This document shows positions 35,073 to 43,724 of a stretch of DNA of 64,000 nucleotides, piece after piece. This DNA is from Candidatus Omnitrophota bacterium (GTDB taxonomy: Bacteria; Omnitrophota; Gorgyraeia; Gygaellales; Profunditerraquicolaceae): NCBI GenBank assembly GCA_022710715.1, contig JAKLGJ010000001.1, positions 426,041 through 490,040 of the forward strand, written 5' to 3'. The notes beneath the pieces were generated by a model. The model saw nothing but the letters and a program-made list of their open reading frames with translations. It did not search any database and was not told the DNA's origin. The stretch's first letter is position 1; each line of letters opens with the position of its first letter. Made by a program: the position numbers and the translations under genes.

Positions 35073-36600
35073 CCTGGAGCATTCTTTTGAGTATCTTGCC
35101 GGTTGAATTCTTTGGCAGTATGTCGCGCACTTCGATCAGTTTGGGGATTTTGTAGGCCGCCAGGTGTTCGCGCAGGAAGTGCGTCAGTTCATGGGAAGCG
35201 ACTTGTTCGCCTTCTTTGAGGACCACGAATCCTTTGGGCACTTCTCCCTTGTGTTCATCGGCAATACCGATCACCGCCGCTTCTTTGACCTTGGGGTGCC
35301 GGTAAAGGACCTCTTCGATTTCCCGCGGATAGACATTCAGGCCGCGCACATTGATCATTTCTTTCTTGCGGCCGGCAATATAGACATAGCCGTCTTTATC
35401 GAACCGGGCCATATCCCCGGTGTACAGCCAGCCGTTCTTGAGCGTTTCCCGGTTGGCGTCCAGCTGCTGGTAATATCCCCGCATTACGTTGGGGCCCCGG
35501 ACCAGCAATTCACCGATTTTGCCGGTTTCCACATCGCGCCCTTTTTCATCCACGATACGCAGGTCAATGCGTCCGGAGAGACGTTTGCCTATGGATCCGG
35601 GTTTACGCGTTCCATTGACCGGGTTCAGGGTGACTACCGGCGAAGCTTCGGTCAGGCCGTACCCTTCGATCAGCGGGATGCGGAATTTTTTCTCGAATCC
35701 TTGCAGCGTTTCTACCGGCAGCGCCGCGGCTCCGGAAACGCAGAGTTTAACGGGATTGAAAAGTTTGATCAGCGGGCTGTGAAATATGCGGGGCAGCTTG
35801 ATGTTCTTGAACACGGTGTAGATCGAAGGAATTCCCACAAAGATGGAAACCCGGTTGTTGCGTATGGCCCGGACCACCCGTTTAAAGGGTTTCAGCGATT
35901 TCATGATCACTATTCTGGCGCCGATGAATAACGGCAGGTTCATGCATACGGTTGCGGCAAAAGAATGAAATAACGGCAGTATGCAGATAAACGTGTCCCG
36001 GGGCAGTATGCGTAAGGCTTGTGAGCAGTCAACGGTATTGGCGATCAGGTTGTAATGCGTCAGCATTGCGCCTTTGGGATGTCCGGTAGTGCCTGAAGTG
36101 TACAGGAGCACGGCGATATCATCCCAGCTGGGCGCTACTTTTTCCAGAACGTCGACGCGCGCGCGTTTGATGCGTTGCAGGTCCGGCATCCTGTCTTTGA
36201 TCCGGGTGGTGGTGATGATATGCTTGAGGCTTTCCACGCGCATGAGCAGCTCTTCGGCCATTTCCAGATTCAACCGCGAAGTGATCAGGAACTCGGCTTC
36301 GCTGTTTTCCAGAATGTATCTGGCTTCGTCCATCTTGAACATGTAATTGATCGGAACGATAATGCCGCCGGCTTTGGCAATGGCGTAATAGCTGATCACG
36401 AATTCGGGACAGTTGTCCAGCAGTACTGCCACCGTATCGCCTTTTGAAATACCCATGCGCACTAATCCGGCAGCGATCTGATCGGTGGTCTCATCAAGGG
36501 TTTTGTAGGTGATCTTCTTGCGGCCGAAAATGATCGCGGTACGTTGCGGGAAACGTTTTGCGCTGGCGGTAAGGAGTTCTCCCAGATTATGCGGGTTCAT
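35038..36600 (-). CDS. AMP-dependent synthetase/ligase (long-chain fatty acid--CoA ligase-like)
   Basis: AMP-binding motif LYTSGTTGHPKGAML, and YGLTE, GDMARFDKDGYVYIAGRKKE and PKNSTGKILKR motifs. Confidence 0.8.
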   Translation of the reverse strand: MNPHNLGELLTASAKRFPQRTAIIFGRKKITYKTLDETTDQIAAGLVRMGISKGDTVAVLLDNCPEFVISYYAIAKAGGIIVPINYMFKMDEARYILENSEAEFLITSRLNLEMAEELLMRVESLKHIITTTRIKDRMPDLQRIKRARVDVLEKVAPSWDDIAVLLYTSGTTGHPKGAMLTHYNLIANTVDCSQALRILPRDTFICILPLFHSFAATVCMNLPLFIGARIVIMKSLKPFKRVVRAIRNNRVSIFVGIPSIYTVFKNIKLPRIFHSPLIKLFNPVKLCVSGAAALPVETLQGFEKKFRIPLIEGYGLTEASPVVTLNPVNGTRKPGSIGKRLSGRIDLRIVDEKGRDVETGKIGELLVRGPNVMRGYYQQLDANRETLKNGWLYTGDMARFDKDGYVYIAGRKKEMINVRGLNVYPREIEEVLYRHPKVKEAAVIGIADEHKGEVPKGFVVLKEGEQVASHELTHFLREHLAAYKIPKLIEVRDILPKNSTGKILKRMLQDEERNQESNSK

Positions 36601-37577
36601 GTACCCTCGGATTCTTTTTTGAATACGGATTTTATATGCACTCCGGCCAGACTTTCCAGCCCTCCGGCTTCCTGTATCCAGCCGTTGCCCAGTCCGTATT
36701 CTTCCATGATCTGCTGCGCTTTTTCGTATTCCTGCAGGGAAATCCTGCGATTAATTTCCGGATACTCTGCGGCTTTATAGTATGGCGTGTACTGGCTCAT
36801 CAGGCTGACGTAGGTTTCGGTGGACAGCTCTTGAGCGATGAATCGCATTATGGTCTCCGTGCCGGATGCTCCGCCCGGCAGCACCAGGTGGCGAATGATC
36901 AAACCGCGTTCGATGATGCCGTTGAGGTCGAAAACGGCTGTTCCGACCTGTCGGAACATCTCTTTGACTGCCGCCTGGTTGTATGCGGGATAGTCGGGAG
37001 CCAGGGAATATTTTCGGGACATGGCGCTGTCCCCGTAGCGCATATCCGGCAGGTAGATATCGATGATGCCATCGAGCATCCGGATCCGTTCTGCCAGCTC
37101 ATAACCGCTGGTGTTGTAAACCAGAGGAATGTTGAGCCCCCCGGGAATGGCCAGGAGCAGGGCATTCAGGATCTGGGGCAGGACATGGGTCGGGGTAACG
37201 AAATTGAGGTTATGGCAGCCTCTCCCCTGCAATTCCAGCATTATATCGGCCAATTCAGACGGGGTAAGTTCTTTTGAGCCTCCCCCCTTCTGGCTAAACT
37301 CGAAATTCTGGCAATAGTGACAGGCCATAGTGCAGTGCGAGAAGAATATCGTGCCTGAACCGCGGCTGCCGGATACCGGCGGCTCCTCTCCTTGATGGCA
37401 TAAATAACTGTAAACCGAGGCTTTATCCGTAGTTTTGCAGAAGCTTTTTTGTCCTTTTAACCGGTTGATTTTGCATTCTCTGGGGCAGAGTCGGCAGGAT
37501 TCCAGCATGGCTGTGGCTTGTCGGGCGATCCGGGCCAGTTGTCCGCTGGCATACGTTTCAAGATAGCGTGGAGTCAT
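36597..37577 (-). CDS. Radical SAM enzyme, AmmeMemoRadiSam-system (AmrS)/PflA-like family
   Basis: N-terminal CRLCPRECKI..C Cys cluster, then GSGTIFFSHCTMACHYCQNFEFS, which carries the CX3CX2C motif, and GGEP-like and glycine-rich motifs. Confidence 0.65.
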   Translation of the reverse strand: MTPRYLETYASGQLARIARQATAMLESCRLCPRECKINRLKGQKSFCKTTDKASVYSYLCHQGEEPPVSGSRGSGTIFFSHCTMACHYCQNFEFSQKGGGSKELTPSELADIMLELQGRGCHNLNFVTPTHVLPQILNALLLAIPGGLNIPLVYNTSGYELAERIRMLDGIIDIYLPDMRYGDSAMSRKYSLAPDYPAYNQAAVKEMFRQVGTAVFDLNGIIERGLIIRHLVLPGGASGTETIMRFIAQELSTETYVSLMSQYTPYYKAAEYPEINRRISLQEYEKAQQIMEEYGLGNGWIQEAGGLESLAGVHIKSVFKKESEGT

Positions 37578-38341
37578 CGTTTCCGCATTTCCTCTTCCAC
37601 TTGCGCGATACGTTGTTTGGTCGGAGGATGCGAACTCAAGAAAACCGGCGGCGCGCTGCGGCCTTTTTGAGCGGCATCAGTTTCAAGTTTGTGGAAAAAA
37701 GTCACGATCCCCAGCGGGCTGTATCCGGCGCGTCTGGTGTAACGAACGGCCAGCTTATCCGCCAGCAGTTCATCTTTGCGGCTGTAACCGAGATTGGCCA
37801 GATCAAAGACTACGCTCAACGCTTGAGATACCGGCAGTTGTCCGCTGGCGCCGGTCACGATACCCATCAATAACTGGAATCCCATCAGGCCCTGTAATTG
37901 TTTGACGCTATGCCGGGCGGCGATATGACCGATCTCGTGCGCGATCACTCCGGCCAGTTCCGCGTCATTGGCGGTTTGCGCCAGGCCGCTGTGAATATAC
38001 ACGTATCCGCCGGGTACGGCGAAGGCGTTCAGGGTTTTATCTTCAACTACCTGGAAGACGTAGTGCAGGTCCTGCCGGTCGGAATACCGGGCAACCCGTT
38101 GGCCGATGTTCCTGACCCGCGCCAGTTGCGCCGGATCGGTGGCGAACTTCATTTTCTTGTGCAGCTCGGCGTCCAGTTCTTTGCCCAGGGCGACTTCTGC
38201 CGCGGTATCCATGAACAGCGTCTCCCGGCGTTCGGTGGCCGGATTGTACACCGTAACGCATCCGCAGAGCGTCAGGCACGCGGTAAGCGCGATCAGCACG
38301 CCCAAGAGACCGGCGTTATTTCTGTTTGATCTGTAAAGCAT
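37574..38341 (-). CDS. M48 family zinc metallopeptidase, lipoprotein
   Basis: HEIGHIAARH (HExxH), and a lipobox LTACLTLCGC after start MLYRSNRNNAGLLGVLIAL. The start was moved in from 38530. Confidence 0.7.
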   Translation of the reverse strand: MLYRSNRNNAGLLGVLIALTACLTLCGCVTVYNPATERRETLFMDTAAEVALGKELDAELHKKMKFATDPAQLARVRNIGQRVARYSDRQDLHYVFQVVEDKTLNAFAVPGGYVYIHSGLAQTANDAELAGVIAHEIGHIAARHSVKQLQGLMGFQLLMGIVTGASGQLPVSQALSVVFDLANLGYSRKDELLADKLAVRYTRRAGYSPLGIVTFFHKLETDAAQKGRSAPPVFLSSHPPTKQRIAQVEEEMRKR

Positions 38342-38843
38342 AGAGTTCCCGTATGCGGTTGAATATCCGGATATACTCTTGCGTTTGATAATCCGGATAG
38401 GTCCAGGTCCAGGGATGGAAACTTTTATCCTGGTAGTGCAGGGTGATCTCGGCGAAGATGCCTTTGTTGAGATGGATACGGTGAACGTAATCTTTCGTGG
38501 AAGCCAGCACCAGCTTGGCCAGGTCGACATAGCCCGGGTCGATGTTCACGGTGCGGTTGCGGCCTTCGCAAAAGGAGCTTTCGATCCTGTTGGTGATGAT
38601 TTTGATCTCGGAGAGTTTCTGGGAAGGGATGAGTTTTTTGAAGCTGACAAACGCGCGTTGGAGCGCAGCGCCGAATTCTTTCTCGTAATAGTGGGTCAGC
38701 GTGAACGGCAGGATGGCGCTTTCGTAATCGATTTCTCCAAATCGGCGGACGAGTTGTTGTCTGGCTCGCAGATAGAGCGTTTCTTGCTTGAAGATAAAAC
38801 CTGCGATCAGTTTAACAGGATCGGCTTTTTGTATGATTCCCAT
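38316..38843 (-). CDS. DUF4416 family protein (hypothetical)
   Basis: MGIIQKADPVKLIAGFIF..YYEKEFG resembles DUF4416. It overlaps the M48 start by 26 nt. Confidence 0.4.
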   Translation of the reverse strand: MGIIQKADPVKLIAGFIFKQETLYLRARQQLVRRFGEIDYESAILPFTLTHYYEKEFGAALQRAFVSFKKLIPSQKLSEIKIITNRIESSFCEGRNRTVNIDPGYVDLAKLVLASTKDYVHRIHLNKGIFAEITLHYQDKSFHPWTWTYPDYQTQEYIRIFNRIRELYALQIKQK

Positions 38844-38891
38844 TGTTCCAGTAAGCAGCTCGGGATGCCGTTGCTACTTCCCGGGGAGAAT

Positions 38892-39248
38892 TTATGGTAA
38901 GAATTGATTAATATATTCGGCGATCCTGACTTTAGGCATTTCTTTGATACGGTTGAAAAAAATAGCCACGTTGAATCCGCCGCTGGCAGCGTCTTCGGTC
39001 CTGACGATCACGCCTTCGCACTCCACTTCCTTGTCGTTGCGTAATCCCCGTTCCTGTATGGGAAGGTTCATTTTGATTTTGACCCGGGTAAACGGGGGGA
39101 CGTATTTGTCGATATGACAATATGCGCCCAGCGCGCTGACGTTCTGGGTGTTGCTCACGAAATCATAGCCGTTGGCGATGACGTTGATGGGCACCTGTTT
39201 GTTGATTCTGGGTGATATGCGTCTTTCTTTGAAATCGCGTTTTATCAT
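38892..39248 (-). CDS. PilZ domain protein (c-di-GMP binding)
   Basis: RRISPRINKQ (RxxxR) and NVSALGAYC (D/NxSxxG), 118 aa. The start ATG overlaps the stop of the zinc-ribbon ORF (ATGA). Confidence 0.6.
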   Translation of the reverse strand: MIKRDFKERRISPRINKQVPINVIANGYDFVSNTQNVSALGAYCHIDKYVPPFTRVKIKMNLPIQERGLRNDKEVECEGVIVRTEDAASGGFNVAIFFNRIKEMPKVRIAEYINQFLP

Positions 39249-39415
39249 TTCTGCTCACCTTCCTGCGGCTTGGATTTCGTGGCTTTAATCCAGCACTTTC
39301 TGGTGCAATATAACTTACCGTTACGATAATACCGTCTTAATTTCTTAAGGGGCTTTCCGCAGCCCAGACAGTTCGTTTGTTTTTCTTCGGTTGGTGCCTT
39401 CTGTTCGTCAGCCAT
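39245..39415 (-). CDS. Unannotated small zinc-ribbon protein (56 aa, CxxCGK...YCxxKC; YacG/TRASH-like)
   Basis: Translation: MADEQKAPTEEKQTNCLGCGKPLKKLRRYYRNGKLYCTRKCWIKATKSKPQEGEQK. GGAG lies upstream. It sits between the two PilZ genes with 6-nt and overlapping junctions. It is absent from the ORF track because it is shorter than 60 aa. Confidence 0.4.
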   Translation of the reverse strand: MADEQKAPTEEKQTNCLGCGKPLKKLRRYYRNGKLYCTRKCWIKATKSKPQEGEQK

Positions 39416-39421
39416 GGTGCG

Positions 39422-39772
39422 TTACGCTCCTTGTTCTTGATGGGTTTTCATAGTGATATATTCCGAAAGGAATTTCTTTTCATTGTCGTCGAATTCAATG
39501 AAAGAAATGCCTGTTTTGAACCTGTCTGAATGTGAGACGGGTGAAGTCCAGACTACTTTTCCGATGGGCCGCAGTACCTTGGACAACAGCTTGATTTCCA
39601 TGGTTAACTGCGTCTGTGGAGGCATGTATCGACTGTTGAGAAACGCGAGACCCCCGAGACTTATGTCTTCCAACAACGTGTAGTTGTAATCGGACACGCC
39701 TCGAGTTCGGTAGTGCAGCGGTTCTTTCAGCTTGACCCTTGGGAAAAGCCGTTGGTCTGATTTGTTATTCAT
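39422..39772 (-). CDS. PilZ domain protein (c-di-GMP binding)
   Basis: RLFPRVKLKE (RxxxR) and DISLGGLAF (DxSxGG), 116 aa. Confidence 0.6.
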   Translation of the reverse strand: MNNKSDQRLFPRVKLKEPLHYRTRGVSDYNYTLLEDISLGGLAFLNSRYMPPQTQLTMEIKLLSKVLRPIGKVVWTSPVSHSDRFKTGISFIEFDDNEKKFLSEYITMKTHQEQGA

Positions 39773-39811
39773 AGTTAATTGTAAAGACCGTGGCTTTGTT
39801 GTAATACATAA

Positions 39812-39839
39812 AGTATAACATAAATTTTATGTATGTCAA
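39812..39839 (-). promoter_or_regulatory. Promoter TTGACA-N16-TATACT (minus strand) for the PilZ-led operon
   Basis: Reverse complement of TGTCAA at 39834-39839 and of AGTATA at 39812-39817. This gives a 5' UTR of about 30 nt to ATG 39772. Confidence 0.45.
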
Positions 39840-39929
39840 TAGACAAGCCGGTCGGCTTTTTTCTCTGTTTACCGTCGCAGTCACGGGTATGCGGGGCACT
39901 GCGATGAGAGCACGTTTTGCTCCGCAGCG

Positions 39930-40607
39930 TTATTCGATTTCGTAAGAAATAATGACGTTGAACGATAATTGCGGGTAATTCAGTTCTTTAGGGAAAGGCG
40001 GAAAGGGCGAAGCGCCGCGGACACTGCGCAGCGAAATATCCCGCAGGTAGTAACTGGGAGTCGATTTTTCGGGAATGAGTTTGACATCCCGCAAGAACCC
40101 TTCCTGGGTGATGACGAATGTCAGGTATGCTTCTCCTTCTTCCGTGCGGGCATAATTCTGGTAAGCGGCGCGCCGGATCTTTTCCCGGACCAGCTGGTAA
40201 TAACCGATATAAGACGGGTTGTTCATTTTCGCGATATCAAGAGGCGGCAGGGTGACTCTCTTCTTGACCGCGATAATATCGGGCTTTATGGAAAGCGGTT
40301 TGAGGGCCGGTTCCTGGGAAATCAGGCGTTTGCTCTGGGCTAGCAGCGCTTCGCGGTCTTTGAGCGGCTGGGGTAAAGACTGTTTATCCGCTACTTTAAT
40401 GCTGGGGCGGCTAAGGGGGTTCTTCCTGTCTATGAGTTTCTTTTCTATTTCAACGGGAAGCTGGGAATCCTTGACATACGCTATTTTCATGGGTTTGTTC
40501 TTTGGGGCGATAAAAAGGCTGAATTGCGGACTTTTGATAAAGACCGCGGTATGCAGCGTCGTGGAAAGAATCAATGCGGAAAAAAAGATCTTATTCGAAG
40601 TTAACAT
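39930..40607 (-). CDS. TonB-like energy transducer (C-terminal TonB domain)
   Basis: N-terminal TM helix, a Pro/Lys-rich spacer, and C-terminal YLTFVITQEGFLRDVKLI...YPQLSFNVIISYEI. Confidence 0.55.
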   Translation of the reverse strand: MLTSNKIFFSALILSTTLHTAVFIKSPQFSLFIAPKNKPMKIAYVKDSQLPVEIEKKLIDRKNPLSRPSIKVADKQSLPQPLKDREALLAQSKRLISQEPALKPLSIKPDIIAVKKRVTLPPLDIAKMNNPSYIGYYQLVREKIRRAAYQNYARTEEGEAYLTFVITQEGFLRDVKLIPEKSTPSYYLRDISLRSVRGASPFPPFPKELNYPQLSFNVIISYEIE

Positions 40608-40678
40608 CCGGTAGGCCCTTTCTTTGACCCACTATAAAGCAGGCTGTCGGGAAAGTCAAGCGAAAACCAGGCTGCATT

Positions 40679-42688
40679 TCAGAAACTGTATTGCATCTTG
40701 ATGAAGACACTGCGCTCCGGCGATGGATAATAAACCTTTTTGCCGGTCCCGGTGTTACAGGTGGCATATTCCGAGTAGCGCTTATTCAGCAGATTGTTGA
40801 TCCCCAGCAGCGCCGTCACATCCTTGAAGGTATAGGCAATATTGGTATCCAGGGTAACATAGCCGTTCAGACGCGATAACACGTTAGCCTGGTCATTGAT
40901 GAAATACCTCTCCCCTATGTAATTTCCGGACAGATTCAACTCCATCTGGCGCATCAAACGGTAGCGCAACCCCAGGCTGGCTTTGTGGCGCGGCACCAGC
41001 GGGATGGTTTTATTATTGTACACCCCTCCGTCAAAAACTGCCCGGGTGTAGGTATAGCTGCCGAAAAGCGTCGCCTGCGCCGCGAGACGGGCTTCGAATC
41101 CCGACTCAACTCCTTCATGCCGGGTTTTGTCGTAGTTTTTATTGGAAAAACTGGAATAGTCATAATAAAGTTCGTCTTTGAGGTTCATCCTGAATACGGT
41201 CAGGTCGGCTTTGATCCGGGGGCTGATATGGTGCTTGAACCCGATTTCATAATGCCTGCCGGTTTGCGGCTTGAGCGAAGTATCCACGCTGTGCGCGGGC
41301 CAGGTGATGGAATATTCTTCCGGGTTGGGAAATCGGAAACTGCGGCTTACGTTGATAAAAGCGCTGGAGTCCGGCGAATATTTATAGACCAGACCGGAAT
41401 TGAAGGCTTTTTTGCCGGGAGTGACCGCGGTGTCCAGCGGATCTGTGCCGCCGGCGTTGTTGTAATCGAACTCATAGCGCGTTTTCTCGTAGCGGTATCC
41501 TCCCAGGAGAAACATGTTGCGGGTAACGGTCAACTCATCCTGCAGATAATACCCTGCGGAGATTTTGTTGATGTCGGAGAAGCTTTGGATCACGTCGGCG
41601 TAATCGTAATTGTTCGACGCGTAGTCGCTGCGGTAGTAATCCAGGCCGCAGATCAGGGTGTTTTCTTTTCGAGAGAACGGTTTTTTGATGATCAGCTTCG
41701 GGGTCAGGCCGGTAGTAGTGATGCGGTTTTTATAGACCGGGCTGCCGAATCCGCCGTAGAATACCCGCCAATAGGTGTCCATATCTCTTCTGCGTAAAGA
41801 CGCGCCCACGTCGAACCGGGCCCAGTCGGTGAAGTCATAGGCGCCTCCCCCGTCGATAAAGGCGTCGGTTTCTTTGGCGAAATCATCGCCGTATTTAGAG
41901 GCGCGCCGGGATAAGGTTTCCAGTTCGGCGTCGGAAAGTTCACCCGGCAGGCCGTAGTCTGATTTGTGTATCCCGTTGCTCATGCGCAGATTCAATGCGG
42001 GGCTGACTGCCCAGGTAAAGGCGGAACTGAAATCGCCGGCCCGCGCATGACTGTTTTCGCGGTAACCGTGAGTGGATTCGCGGCTGGCGGAGAAAAAATA
42101 GGTGGCGCCGTTGTGCGCGCCGTCCAGGGAGAGTCTTTGTTTGTTGAAATCGTAGCTGCCGATCTGGGTATCGATGTGCCATGTGGGTTTGCCGACGCCG
42201 GTGCGGGTGATAATATTGATCACGCCTCCCGTGGCATTGTCTCCGTAGAGAACGCTGCCGCTCCCTCCCCGCACCACCTCGATTTTTTCGACGCGGTCCA
42301 GCGGGATCTGCGTCCAGTCAACGCCGCTTAAGTCGATTTCGTTGACTCGGCGGCCGTCGACCAGCACCAGGGTATTTTCCGGGCTGCGCTCTCCGAATCC
42401 GCGCATATCCACGGAAACTTTGGTGCCGTTACCGTACCAGTCGCGCACTGCCAGTCCGGTCTCGCTTTTAAGGATGCCGGGTATGCTTTGAGCGTTGGAT
42501 TGTTCGATCTGCTGCCGGTTGATGATGGTGATCCCGGCGGCGGTATTGAGAATTTCTTCTTCGTAACGGTAGGGCGTGACTACGATCTTGTTCAGGCCGA
42601 TATCGTCATCAGCGCCTGTTGAAGCGAACAGCGAGGTGCAACTGGACAGCAGACATGCGATTCCCAGAAAAACGCGTTGTGTACCCAT
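40679..42688 (-). CDS. TonB-dependent outer-membrane receptor (likely BtuB-like corrinoid receptor given the upstream riboswitch)
   Basis: Signal peptide, a plug domain with a TonB-box-like segment, a 22-strand beta-barrel length of 669 aa, and a C-terminal aromatic residue (..MQYSF). Confidence 0.85.
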   Translation of the reverse strand: MGTQRVFLGIACLLSSCTSLFASTGADDDIGLNKIVVTPYRYEEEILNTAAGITIINRQQIEQSNAQSIPGILKSETGLAVRDWYGNGTKVSVDMRGFGERSPENTLVLVDGRRVNEIDLSGVDWTQIPLDRVEKIEVVRGGSGSVLYGDNATGGVINIITRTGVGKPTWHIDTQIGSYDFNKQRLSLDGAHNGATYFFSASRESTHGYRENSHARAGDFSSAFTWAVSPALNLRMSNGIHKSDYGLPGELSDAELETLSRRASKYGDDFAKETDAFIDGGGAYDFTDWARFDVGASLRRRDMDTYWRVFYGGFGSPVYKNRITTTGLTPKLIIKKPFSRKENTLICGLDYYRSDYASNNYDYADVIQSFSDINKISAGYYLQDELTVTRNMFLLGGYRYEKTRYEFDYNNAGGTDPLDTAVTPGKKAFNSGLVYKYSPDSSAFINVSRSFRFPNPEEYSITWPAHSVDTSLKPQTGRHYEIGFKHHISPRIKADLTVFRMNLKDELYYDYSSFSNKNYDKTRHEGVESGFEARLAAQATLFGSYTYTRAVFDGGVYNNKTIPLVPRHKASLGLRYRLMRQMELNLSGNYIGERYFINDQANVLSRLNGYVTLDTNIAYTFKDVTALLGINNLLNKRYSEYATCNTGTGKKVYYPSPERSVFIKMQYSF

Positions 42689-42919
42689 TTTCTCCTCCCC
42701 AGAGAATACTTACCGGGATCAGGCAATAGACCGGGCTAAAAGGCGGCATGCTATAGCCTCTTTTACCGTTGCTGGGCAGCGCCTGGAATCAAACCAGGAC
42801 TTCCTTTGCTTGTCCGGTGAGTGAACAAAAAACCCTTGACCTCTTCCATATGAGAAGTCAAGGGTAACCCCTATTTTACCCTTGGTCCGGCGCCAGGTGT
42901 GGTGTTCGATCGTGTACGC

Positions 42920-43122
42920 GTAAAGGCAGGTATTCTGACTTCCCTGCGGCTTGAACAGAACCTTCCCGGTTACCCAGTGGTTGTGTCCGTCCTGGTGTTT
43001 ACAGACGTGAGTTCAGCCTCTGACTCTGAAAGAAGCGATTCCAGAGTGCAGGGTTACAGCAGCGGGACTGTGGCCGAATTCCCCTCGTGCTCAAGGAGTT
43101 CACGGCCTTCCCTTGCCTACAA
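42920..43122 (-). promoter_or_regulatory. Cobalamin (AdoCbl) riboswitch, minus strand
   Basis: On the minus strand: AGGGAAGGCCGUGAACUCC...CCCGCUGCUGUAACC...CCACUGGGUAACCGGGAAGG...AAGUCAGAAUACCUGCC. These match GGGAA, GUGaAAnuCC, CCCGCnnCUGUAA, the B12 box and AGUCAG-A-ACCUGCC. It lies about 230 nt upstream of the TBDR start. Confidence 0.8.
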
Positions 43123-43125
43123 CGT

Positions 43126-43632
43126 TCATTTCTTCGAAAGAACGGAAGCTAATTTGCCGTCGCGGGTCAATTTTGCGATCAGCTCGTATGTGCCGAATAA
43201 AGCGAAACTATATATCACGGTCGCCGCGGTAAAATCGCGCAGGAACGGCAGCGCCATGACGTAGCAGTCGACCAGACCCTGCGCAGTACGGGGATACCAT
43301 CCCATCAGCCATACGCCGAAGTTCGTGATGACGTAGAACAACAGCGATGAGGCTAAAGACAAAGCGGCAATGCGGCCGGCTGAAGGTTTTTGTTTCATGC
43401 GGTAACCCAAAAGCGCGATGAGCGCGAAGCTGCCCCAGGTAAACAGTACGGTGTTGTGCAGGCCGAGTATGACGTCGCTTGCGATCATCAACAGTAAAGG
43501 CACGAAGAACGATTGTTTCTTATTTAAATACGCTCCGCCGAATAAAGCGATGGCGGCGACAGGAGCGAAATTCGGTGCGTGGGGAACAAAGCGTAAAAGT
43601 ACGCCGATAAGAATCAAGCTCAATGCTAACAT
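43126..43632 (-). CDS. Small polytopic membrane protein, possibly a vitamin/corrinoid transporter S-component-like
   Basis: 168 aa with 5-6 TM helices, between cobO and the B12 riboswitch. No diagnostic motif, so the call rests on context. Confidence 0.35.
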   Translation of the reverse strand: MLALSLILIGVLLRFVPHAPNFAPVAAIALFGGAYLNKKQSFFVPLLLMIASDVILGLHNTVLFTWGSFALIALLGYRMKQKPSAGRIAALSLASSLLFYVITNFGVWLMGWYPRTAQGLVDCYVMALPFLRDFTAATVIYSFALFGTYELIAKLTRDGKLASVLSKK

Positions 43633-43724
43633 GTTTAATCCTCCTTACAAGTGGGTGTGGAATTTCATTATAGGCTTACCACCGGTAGTGTCAAGTTAAT
43701 TTTTGGTCCCGGCGTGAGCCTTCA

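Noticed and set aside
38342-38530. 63-aa N-terminal extension of the M48 peptidase ORF
   Set aside because: It would overlap the DUF4416 gene by 215 nt. The internal Met gives a canonical lipoprotein signal peptide and lipobox.
42899-43264. 121-aa plus-strand ORF
   Set aside because: It covers the cobalamin riboswitch on the opposite strand and the 3' end of a membrane protein gene. It is better explained as non-coding.
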